A DNA stretch of 64,000 bases from Chrysomallon squamiferum (Eukaryota > Animalia > Mollusca): the NCBI GenBank assembly GCA_012295275.1, contig CM022669.1, forward strand, positions 1,736,001 through 1,800,000, written 5' to 3'. How positions within the stretch are numbered: the stretch's first letter is position 1; every line of letters begins with the position of its first letter. The position numbers and the translations under genes were made by a program. The notes beneath the pieces were generated by a model. That model searched no databases and had not been told where the DNA came from. It saw nothing but the letters and a program-made list of their open reading frames with translations. Below are positions 53,901-64,000 of this stretch, one piece after another.

Positions 53901-56900
53901 CCAGTCCAAGTCATGTCGCTACATGTCACCATGACCATATATATTAACAAATGCATTGTATTGCCAAAGTATTTCAGAATTACCACATGTGTATGACTTG
54001 ATTTTCTGGTGTTTTTGTCCCTTCTTCACCATCCTGTGTTAATGGAAACAAGAAATGTCACCAAACTAATGCTTGGTAAATTACCACAGGGTCACACAAA
54101 TCACAATTTGTCACTGGACAGAAAAATATTAAGAACAATAAGAAAAACACTAGCTTATTTCATTTTGTCCTTTGAGTAAGAATTAATTTGAAAAAGAATA
54201 TAAATAATATATTTCTTTAAAAATGAGTTGAAATCTATATAAATGATTCTCTCATAGCTCTTTGTTGGATGTTCAAGAGTTGGAAAGAATTTATTCATTC
54301 CAATTCCCAATGGAAATACAACGGTGGTTGAATGCCCTGCTTCTTAACAATATCTCAAACTACTGTGATAGTTAGATTTCATGGCTTTTATTGTTTGTCC
54401 AACAACTTGTTTACTCCCTAACATTTTTTATTTTTTTATTCAACAGTTATAAGTTGAACACCCAAGTAGCCCTTAGTTTTTCGGCTTGTAATGACATAAA
54501 ATAAATATCACAATGTCAAATGAAGGTTGAGTAATGACAATAATAATAAAACAATAGTAATAAAAATTTGTTTTTATAGTCCAATTAAATGTTTAGAAAT
54601 GAATCATTTTAGTTTGTTAGACAAAATAAATTATAAAAATTCACTTTTCAAACTTCATCTGTGCTGCATTTTTAATGCTGCATTTTGTCGGTCCATGGCT
54701 TAAATCTGGTTTCAGTCCAAAAATAATGTACTGCACTGCAGCTCTGTAACCATGTACTTTTAGATGTTCACTGTTATCTGAAGAAAAAAAATGAAATGAG
54801 TAAATAAACTATATATATAAAAAATTATACTAATAATAATTTCAAAACTTAAATATTATTTCTTATTATATATATATGTATTATTTATAACAAAATAAAA
54901 GGAAAATGAATAACTTTTAAACTGCTAAACAACAAACATTTATCTAGCAGAAACATTCTTAAAATTTAGGAATATAATCAACTAAAATCAGTTTCCTTTT
55001 AAATTCAAAAGTAAAAAAGAAAATAAAAAGAAAAAAGAAAAAAATTAATTAATATCAAATAAAACTGTTTTATAGATTATAAATTAAATGACTTGTGGTT
55101 AGTCAGTTAACAAAATGTCATAGGCCCTTTCAATCTGATATTCAAAATCAGAGCCTTTCTTGACATAAAGGAATCCTGATTATATTGGGATAGCCTAAAT
55201 AAATCTGGGTTACAAACCTTTTAGTCTCTCAATGTAGCTGTCAATAAAATGGCAGGCCAATTCTCGTGCAGGAAAAGACAACTCATGTCCATGAAGACTT
55301 CTGACAAAGTTGCTCATTGGATAGCCTGGTTTTTCAATATCTGATGAACTGAAATAATTAAAATAATGAAAAGAAACCATTTAATTACAAAAAATATTTT
55401 AACAGCAGTATATAAATGAGATTGATTAAGACAGATAAGAACTTCTACAAATTTATTAATACACACACCCACACTAATATCACAGTCATACATTGCATAC
55501 CTTTGAGTGGACATCTTCATGTAACAACATCCCACAGATGCAAGCCCCAAAGCTGATTCACAGTTGACAAACAATTTTAACAACATTGGTGTCAGATCAC
55601 CACAAGCATGTAGACTTGCTAACACAAATTTATCAGCATACTCCTGCTCATCTTTATTTGCTCTGTCTTCAACACCTTTTCCATAACCATTATTACTGAA
55701 TTTCACAACTTCAGTCAAGCCTTCAATGACAGTAGATTTATCATCATGTTCTATACTGGATCTTTCTTTGCCAACCAGTTGTTCATTTTTTCTAACACTG
55801 CACTCACTATTAGTAACAATAGTTGTTTCACATTTTGCACTCAAAATATTTTGTTCTCTGTCATGTTTTGAAATTAATTTGAGAAAATCTTTTGTCTTTA
55901 TGGCTGGTGTGATAGTTGATACTATATGACTAGGTAGAAGATTATGTGGATGAAATATTTCACTCTTCAAGCTTTCTAAATCTTCTTTTTTTTCTTTCAG
56001 TTTCTGTTAAATAAACAGAGTATCAGACATCAATTTAAAAATTACCAGAAATATAATGATTTGAAGTTTGTTTATTGTCAAGACTTAATTACTTATTTAT
56101 CTATCTGGAAATCATGAATTTATACTTGTCACGCAAAACAGATAATCAAGAAACAAAAAGTCTTAACAAATAGTCCCAGCATATTTCAAAAGCAAACAGA
56201 GACAGTGACAAATACTGACATTTAGATATGTCTCTTAACATAATTCTTTAAAATGAAGGATAGGTTATCTGAACTAACATGCATTTTATAACTTTCAAGC
56301 AAAGGTACTAAAACCCTACCTCTGGAACAATAATAACTACAACAAACTCATGAAACTGTATTGACTATATGGGTCATTCCGTGTCAAATCACCCAATGGG
56401 TTAAATCCGACCATCTCAGATTTTTATCAAACTTGGTATACTTGACTGGAATCCCATAGCACCAAATCTGAAATATTAGCCTAATCAGACCAGTGGTGTG
56501 GGAGATAAGGCCCATCGAATTTTGAGATTTTTGACAAAAATGGGCGTGACCACCAACCTTTGAACCCTCATATCTTGGGAACTTGATTTGGAATCCTTGT
56601 CATATTGCCTTTTCAACAATACCAATTTTATGAATATTGGCCCAGTAGTTCCTGAGATATGTGGGTTCAAAGGTTGGTGGTCATGCCCATTTTTGTCAAA
56701 AATCTCAAAATTTGGTGGGCCGTATCTCCCACACCACTGGTCCGATTGGGCTAAAATTTGGTGCTGTGGTATCCCAGTCGACAAGTATACCAAGTTTTAT
56801 AAAAATCTGAGACGGTCGGGTTTAAATTTCTTTTTTTGGGGGGCGATTTGACATGGAATGACCCATATCTTTTTTTTCCTTTTTCTCATTGTAAAAATGT

Positions 56901-57527
56901 AAAAAGTGTATGACCTTAACTAAACTTTTTTTTGAAAGGAGACAAAAACATTTAATCACCAAGTGGACTGGAGCAAAACAATTTGGGCGAGCTCCAACTT
57001 GATTCTAGCCATTTCCTGTTTGATGTCTAATGTCTTTGAAGTCAGTTATGTCTTTCATAGCAATGATGTTGGTAGACTTCAAATAGTAACTGAAGACATA
57101 AACGAATGCATTCAGTGGATATCATTTCTATCAGAATACAGTTTATATTTTACATTTTAAAAAAAAAATCTTTAGATAACAAAAATATATATTAAATACA
57201 TAAGTAAAGACTGAACAAAGCAATTACAAAACGTCTGCAAAATATGCTGGGACTTTTTGTTCATCTGAATAAAAATTTACTTACTTTTACTAAAGCTTTC
57301 TTTATGTCAAACTGGATTTCACTGAAAAAAAAAAAAAAAAAAAAATATTTATATATTTTTATTTTCAAATTTCTAAAGACAACTGAAAGACTGTTTTTTC
57401 AAATTTTTCATGTAAAATATTTAAAAATTTAAAAAAAAAATGAATCATGTACATACATATAAAAAGGTCCTAAAAACAATCAATGATAGATAATTAAATA
57501 ATTAAAAATAATAGTATGAAGACAAAA

Positions 57528-57587
<60 letters not shown>

Positions 57588-60500
57588 GTAACAATAATAA
57601 TACAGGCAGTAAAACAAGATATAAACTTATTCAAAGATAAAAAATATGGTTTAATGGTTTTCTTTCTTACTTCATTTTGAAACTGTATTGATCACTACAA
57701 GAGAAAATTGCCATTAGCAGCAAAGTATCTTTTACAGATTAAAAGGTAGGATAAAATATCAGATGTAAATACATACTCGTCAAATTTTGAAGCTTTTGGA
57801 GCATGACATTCAGTTGATTCTATTGTTGTTACCTTGACTCCATAAGCAAAAGTCAATAACCTTGACAGATGACCAAGACCAGCTCCAACATCAACAACAT
57901 GAGAGGAATTGCAGTGACTGCAGAGCATTGATAGCATCTAAAAGAAAAATGTAATTAAAAACTGAAATAAATGTGCAATTACCTGAAATAAAAATTTACC
58001 TTAAATATACATAAATATTTACTAAAATGGATTAAACCAGACATTCAGCTAAAACTGTACTCTATGTATTTGAAACATATTAACAAACAATTAAATCTGT
58101 GAGTAAACAGGCATTTATCCAAATTATTTTAGTAACAGATTACAATACTAAAATACTTGTATTTAACAACATACATATTAAACTTACTAATAAAAATAAG
58201 ATTTCCTAAATTACATTTTAAATGTTAAAATGTACTTGAACTACGTAGATTAACCCAGTCATTTGACAAATATTAAGATAAGAAAAAATATACTACACAA
58301 ACATATCTGGTTAAAACAACGGAAAAAATTATTAATGTCTTGGTAATAGTATGAAACAGTACATTCAATTCAGTCAAACAAAATAATTAATTGGTTTTAA
58401 ATATTAAAATAAAATGTTTTATTTAATTGATATCAAATGGCTCTGTAAATATAAACCAGAAAACAAATTACAATAAAATTATAACCTTACTCATCCTCTC
58501 AATTTCATGCTGTTTTTTTGGTTTTATATGTTTCCTGAAAAAATGTTTCAAGAGCACACACTGTCCATTTTTCAGTGCTGCACTATCAAATGACTTGTTA
58601 CAATTCCAGTTGTTGACTTTTGAATCTCTAATTATTTTGGGTTTTTCTACATTTTCAATGTTGTTGCAAGTGTTACCCTTCAAATTAATAACTGGGTAAT
58701 TTAAATCTTTGTTTGTAGACCCAGAAAACAACTTCTCAGCAACCACTGTTTGGTTTTCTGATCTAGGAGTATTCTCTCTTTGGTTTAAAATACATGATGT
58801 TTTTGTTTCATGTTCATTTGAAGTTTCTTCTTTTTCTGAACTTTTTTCTTCTTTCTTAGCTGGAGAAATACTTGCATGAAATAACCGATTAAAATGTTCC
58901 GATTCCTTTTTATCCACCTGAAAATCTGCACTGTCCTTTTCATCTAAATTTTTAACCTCACTTTTTTCACTGATGCTTTGTTCACATGAACATGATGATG
59001 ACGACTGTGATAAACATGATACTGGAGAGAAAATTGTTAGCAATCTTTTGTTATCAGTCTCCACCAAAACCGACTGCTTCTTTGTTTCCTTTTTATTATC
59101 TTTTAATTCTTTTTGCTCAGACTTAGTTGAATTCCAAGTGAATACATCAAATAAAGATTTACACACAGATGAATTTTCTAAGTGAACTGGATTTCTACTG
59201 AGAGAGAAGGAAAAGATGCAGATCTGCAAAGCCATCATTGACAGAGGCTGGACGGATCTATGAAAAAACAATGTCCTTAAAATATTATTTAATCTCTAAA
59301 TAATTGTTCACAGCTTCATATTAATTTTAAAATATTATAATGAATAAAAGTCATTTAAGGAAAATTCTATTAGCTATTTCTACAATCATAAGAAGCAAAT
59401 TAATCTGTAAAAAGTTTTACTATGATTCTAATATCTACAGTGTCAGTAAGAAGTACATAAATTTGTAAAAGTGTATGAAGATAAAAAGATTATAATAAAT
59501 TAGCAGAAGTCTGCTAAATATACTTTTTCTGCATACAAAAACATTTTCTAAAGTATTTTCTAAACTGGTTACATATTTTTCTTTATTAAAGGAATTATTT
59601 GCTGGCAAACTAAATTTAATTATAAAAGGAAAGAAGTAAAGCAATTTTATTTGTGGTTTTTTTATTCTCTTGCAATGTTCTTGATTGTACGTCTGAAAAA
59701 AGTATTTGTTTACATTTTTTTTTATAAACAAAGGAACCATTTCATAAATAATTAATTCTTTTTTCTCAGAGAGATAGCTGCTCACTTTGGTGAAATACAG
59801 GAATATATCATTGTTACTAAATTTTGTGTAGATATACAAAAAAGAAGAAAAACTTCATGAAAGAACAAGGAGCTACCTGTACTGTGTATGTGTAGATGTC
59901 AGAAGTCCTGCTAATTCTGGAGGAGACAAATTTCTAAGAAAGTCCTGCCAGCTTTTGGGTAAATCATCCCAGTAGTTCAACACAAAGAAATCCTTTATTA
60001 AAAGTATTAGAAATAATACAAATATTTGCTGAAATTTTTATTTTATATATAAATACATATATAAAAAAAACTTGTATGTTATGTAAATAAAAGTAATTAA
60101 ATCACCTGGTACTGTTTGACAAAAAAATAATGATTTTTTTAATCATTTTTGAAATCAAATGACTTTGCTGACACAGTAACAATTTATGCAGAACAAAATT
60201 ATGTCTGCATTTCAAAACAACAAAATGTGATGAGGAAATTTGGTTTTTCAATACTGAATCCAATTATCACCCTTAATTTCATTTAATGATTCTTCATAAT
60301 ATTATTATTATCTTTGCTTCCAGATTTACATTCAAATATTGTTGGCTTTTTTTCCACTTTCTTATTTTTGTTTTTATTTGTTTTGTTTTTGTTATTAACT
60401 ATTTACTTTTAGTTATATACTTTCTGTTTCTGGATTCGTAAATATATATGTCAGTCTTCCTATGAAAAACAAAGCAGAAAAAGAAATTGGAAAGATGCTG

Positions 60501-60707
60501 TTGATATGATTTTGTTTATTTATTTATTTATTATTATTTCCCAGTTTTGCTCACTAAACATAATTATATTCTCTGTCTGGCTATCAGCTGTACTCTCTGA
60601 CCCAATGCCAAACTATTCTCAACACTTCTGGTTCAATAATTTAGGAATATCTCTTAATTATAAAGTAAATTGCGATGATTAAACTATTAATAATAACTTT
60701 AAACAAC

Positions 60708-60761
<54 letters not shown>

Positions 60762-60982
60762 AATAAATAAAGATAATCTGGAGTCATGAACATTGTAAGA
60801 ACAAAACATAAGACGCGAAAGTACAACCACAGTGAGAATTAAAGGAAAAGAAATTTCACCGAAACGTAGCCATCTGTTATCCATCTGAACATATTTATCA
60901 CTTTTGTGATTTTTGCTATCTGATCGTGTACATGTTCTATAGATTTTTTGTAAAACGGGAAACCAGACACCATATTTGCCAT
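50900..60982 (-). CDS. METTL25B: METTL25B/RRNAD1-like SAM-dependent methyltransferase, whole gene span (10 exons, ~748 aa)
   Basis: Motifs FRKHIKPKKQHEI, VVDVGAGLGHLSRLL (motif I), LHACGDL, LASVGCCYMK, GYPMS, RELACH, LAPLIETLILLDRVAYL and PIFEPRLSPRNYVL are all collinear with human RRNAD1/METTL25B. The exon phases close. Confidence 0.93.
51317..51501 (-). CDS. METTL25B: METTL25B exon 9
   Basis: YVQCIAEK...VVAFYVIRLSLAPLIETLILLDRVAYLHEK. Confidence 0.92.
53820..53900. repeat. Short degenerate tandem repeat (GTGCCAYTWTTTCC-like, 4 copies)
   Basis: GTGCC-initiated units at ~53820, 53845, 53868 and 53883. Confidence 0.55.
54645..54777 (-). CDS. METTL25B: METTL25B exon 8
   Basis: NSEHLKVHGYRAAVQYIIFGLKPDLSHGPTKCSIKNAAQMKFE. 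Confidence 0.9.
55127..55190 (-). pseudogene. Degenerate tRNA-like sequence (Glu/Asp-like remnant or SINE head)
   Basis: Minus strand TCCCAAT..AGGATT CCTTT-ATGTCAAG-AAAGG CT CTGAT-TTTGAAT-ATCAG ATTGAAA. The anticodon-like and T-arm-like (5 bp + 7 nt) hairpins are in tRNA order, but the D arm and acceptor stem are defective. Confidence 0.25.
55218..55348 (-). CDS. METTL25B: METTL25B exon 7
   Basis: SSDIEKPGYPMSNFVRSLHGHELSFPARELACHFIDSYIERLK. Confidence 0.9.
55501..56003 (-). CDS. METTL25B: METTL25B exon 6
   Basis: ...KFVLASLHACGDLTPMLLKLFVNCESALGLASVGCCYMKMSTQ|gtatgc. Confidence 0.92.
56371..56864. mobile_element. Foldback MITE, 494 bp, ~215-bp imperfect inverted arms, ATAT flanks
   Basis: ATAT|GGGTCATTCCGTGTCAAATC ... 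GATTTGACATGGAATGACCC|ATAT; the arms can be followed in to a ~60-bp spacer. Confidence 0.92.
57285..57321 (-). CDS. METTL25B: METTL25B exon 5 (37-nt small exon)
   Basis: (T)21CAG acceptor, EIQFDIKKALVK, gtaagt donor; needed to restore the frame. Confidence 0.82.
57529..57601. repeat. (TAA)n microsatellite
   Basis: Directly visible. Confidence 0.95.
57777..57937 (-). CDS. METTL25B: METTL25B exon 4 (SAM-binding motif I)
   Basis: HVVDVGAGLGHLSRLLTFAYGVKVTTIE. Confidence 0.93.
58486..59257 (-). CDS. METTL25B: METTL25B exon 3 (with ~200-aa low-complexity insert)
   Basis: SVQPLSMMALQ...FFRKHIKPKKQHEIERMSK; 772 nt. Confidence 0.9.
59877..59992 (-). CDS. METTL25B: METTL25B exon 2
   Basis: DFFVLNYWDDLPKSWQDFLRNLSPPELAGLLTSTHTQY, like human [32 protein letters not shown]. 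Confidence 0.9.
60709..60771. repeat. (AAT)n/(AAAT)n microsatellite
   Basis: Directly visible. Confidence 0.95.
60860..60982 (-). CDS. METTL25B: METTL25B exon 1
   Basis: caacATGG Kozak context; MANMVSGFPFYKKSIEHVHDQIAKITKVINMFRWITDGYVS|gtgaaa. Confidence 0.8.
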
Positions 60983-60984
60983 GT

Positions 60985-61400
60985 TGGTGTTCGGTACACT
61001 TCGGATATGTTCGTGAGATAGAATATAAAATTATTCGAAAGCGCTCCGAATTAGCTTGTTATGGAAAGTTAAATTCTGAAGAAAATTTTATTAAGATTAA
61101 ATGCCGTTTATAAATGTTATGGATAAAGTATCAGAGTAAGAGAGCGAGATTTAGTTGAAAGAAAGTGTAAGTGGTAGTCTTAAATATTTTTTCATGCATT
61201 GCTTTAATGTTTGATTTAGATAGCTGTGTCACAGTGTGTCAAAAGCCGTCTCTGCGCTACAGCAGAATATCGAACGATTTTTGTGACGCGTTTTCGCTTT
61301 CCTTGACAGGGTTTCCCTCATTCGCGTTTCTCTTTTATCATTATTTTTATATACATTTTCAAATAAAAAAATATGTTGACGTAGTATACATATTCAGCTT
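60985..61400. promoter_or_regulatory. CpG-rich promoter of METTL25B, possibly bidirectional
   Basis: Marked local CpG enrichment just upstream of the ATG; plus-strand GTAAGT donor at 61167. Confidence 0.45.
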
Positions 61401-62489
61401 CAGCTCTGTATCCATTTAATGACAATAGAGAATCAAAAGAAAAATTTCCGTTTTTAAATGATCATCGTATGACTAAGATATGCTTTCTCGGGACTTTAAA
61501 TCATAAAGAAATTAAAAAGTATGCATTTCTCACAACGTTTGGCAAATTTCATACAAATATTTGGGGTAGTAAGTACTTAATTTTGGGTATCAGGTGTGTT
61601 GGTGTTCTGAGCAAATAATGAGGCCATAATGACTGCTGTTGCTGCTGATGTCTGAAAAGTTTGATGTTTCGTTTATTGTTTGATTTAGTAATTATGTGGC
61701 ATAATATTCCAGTTTTGGATAATATTTTCTTTCTGATAAAGATCATGATTATGAAGACAGTTCTTTGAAAGTTAGATTTTAATGATTTTATAAAAATTTT
61801 ATATTTGTATAATGAACACGAATTAACTGATTAAAATCATAATAATAGCAAAATGCTTGAAACTGTAAAGGGCTCTACAATTTATCAGTCTTGAAAAATT
61901 ATCTTTTTGTTTACTATGGAGTTTTTGAGAATTACATATTTAATGTATATGGTACATTTGATATAATTAGTGTAATTAATTAAATTTCATGAGTGTATAG
62001 GTCTAGAACTCATCTAAAAGCTTCATTTTGATATAAAATACATTGGTTTGAAATTATATGAGATATTCAGTGTTTATGTTGCCAAATTAATTAAATGAAT
62101 CATTTTCTCCACAGATCCATAAAATTTTATCAGATGAAAATTGATAACATTTCCCATATTAGTGCTATCAAAGATATCTTGGTGTCATTTTAATCTGATA
62201 TAATCAGTAATACATTGTACATTCATTAAAAAAAAAATTATATTTCTGTTTTGAACACTTAGTAATATAGGTCAAGAGGCACAGCTTTGTGATGATAAAA
62301 AATAAAATTAATAATAAAATCATTAATGTGTAAAAACCATTTATGACAGGGTATTAATTTAATGAGACACTCTATAATTGTGGCTAATTCTTAGATATCT
62401 TTTGCATCCTTTAAGTTGTATCTGTCTGTGTTGTTATTATCCCCAAAATATTAGATAAATACGTTCTTTACCAGTGGTGAACAGTTCCC

Positions 62490-62575
62490 TAGTCAGCTCA
62501 TTTTCAAGTATTAAAATCACTAGAGTTGCTGCTTACATACTCTAGTGATTTTAATACTTGAAAATGAGTTGATTA
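62490..62575. repeat. 86-nt near-perfect inverted repeat (37-bp arms, 12-nt loop)
   Basis: TAGTCAGCTCATTTTCAAGTATTAAAATCACTAGAGT / ACTCTAGTGATTTTAATACTTGAAAATGAGTTGATTA; two mismatches, both G:T on the plus strand. Confidence 0.92.
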
Positions 62576-64000
62576 TGTTTGCAAAACAAATAAATAAATA
62601 AATATAATAATAATAATAAATAAGAAGAAGAAAAAGAAACTTAGAAACAAAATAAATATATTTACAAAAATAGTGATAAATGAGAAAAAATAAAAAGGCA
62701 TTGCAGTTTTGTTTACACTAAGGTACAAGATATTGTTAGAATTTAAATTGAAAACAGAATAAAATACTGTTTTAGATCAATATTAATAAAAGGTATATAA
62801 TTAATTATTTTTAAACTAAAAAGTTGAAACAGAAAATTAGAAATACTGACACAATTCATAATCATTAAGTGATAAATACTGAGTCTATTAAATATTATAA
62901 TCATTCCTTTCCAAATATTATTTATCTCTACATACTCTTATTTATTTACTCCTGCACACATTTATTTATTTATTAAAAACATTAAGTTATTTATTAGATA
63001 TATTTATACTTTGCAGTAATAAATGAAATTAAAAAATATATATATATCTAAATAAAAATATGAAAAACAAAATTAATATGTATAATTTATTAATTATTTA
63101 TTTTTATTTATATACTTTCTGTTGCTGGGTTTGTAAATATTTATGTCAATCTTCCAATGAAAAAAAAGAAAGATGCATTTGATGTAATTTTTAAAAGTCA
63201 ATATTTAATGTGTAATAGAAATACCTAACATAAATAAAAATGCATGTAACATGAATGAGAGCAGACACAAATAATAACATAAATAATAACAAATACTAAC
63301 AATAAACAAAGAAGCAGATAACAGCACATACCAACATTATACACATTAATAAACCTTGATATAAAATATATAATAACACAAACACAGAAACAGTTACAAA
63401 TGTTACACAACATAAGGATGAACAAAAATAGAAAGACATGTGAACATTAGGCATTAAACAAAAAAAACAGTTATTGGGCCCACACCACAAAATATCTATT
63501 AAGGCTTAGTCCAAGTTAAAAAGGCGCTTTAATGGCACCTAACAAGGAATTTAAAAGCTAACCCAATAATTTGGTCTATCCACTGGAGAAATGAACGCAT
63601 CACAAGGTACAAGTTAATTAATTATGATATAAATGTGAATCAATAATAATACAATTGTTAAAACATATTTAAATAACTTCGTCTACATAGGGGGAACCAA
63701 GATAAAATAAGAATCTGTATGGAGGGCAGATTAAACAATAAAATATTTATGTGTATGATATATTACTAACACAGGTTAGTTACATATTACACCTATCAAA
63801 ATAAGAACAGGCAGTGGCTTATCATAAAGGCAATACCATTTAAAAACATTGGTTCCCTATCTGAATTTTGGCTGTCATTTTGGCTGTTATTTTGGCTTTT
63901 TTCTTTTTTCCTCACTCTTAATTACCAAAAACCAACTCTTTTAAAATTGAGTTGAGAAATCGGTGGCAAAAATAAAATGCACAGGTGTGACAGGAAAACT

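Noticed and set aside
56485-56851. Overlapping opposite-strand ORFs (102 and 87 aa)
   Set aside because: Mirror products of the palindromic MITE; no transposase motifs.

Overview
AT-rich, microsatellite-rich animal genomic DNA with GT-AG spliced genes. A mollusc, possibly a gastropod, is suggested by recalled SINE-core and repeat content; this is inference only. Three protein-coding genes can be assembled by hand. (1) The 5' end of a furin-like proprotein convertase on the minus strand: signal-peptide/propeptide exons at 21314-21478 and 3850-3948, separated by a ~17.4 kb intron, with the rest off the left edge. (2) A complete 21-coding-exon RAI14/UACA/ANKRD24-family ankyrin-repeat + coiled-coil gene on the plus strand (31093-46672, ~998 aa). 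(3) A complete 10-exon METTL25B/RRNAD1-like methyltransferase on the minus strand (50900-60982, ~748 aa) with large low-complexity insertions. CpGs are concentrated in the two promoter zones (~21.2-25.8 kb and ~60.6-61.7 kb). Non-coding DNA holds several Tc1/mariner fossils, an internally deleted R4/Dong-type LINE fossil, a 494-bp foldback MITE, an 86-nt near-perfect hairpin, SINE-like cores, a 37-bp minisatellite, a duplicated ~200-bp intronic element, and an element resembling mammalian Tigger4/MER46 at the nucleotide level. I found no clear new multi-gene system. The best leads are the Tigger4-like element, the duplicated intronic element and the hairpins. All homology calls are from memory, not searches.
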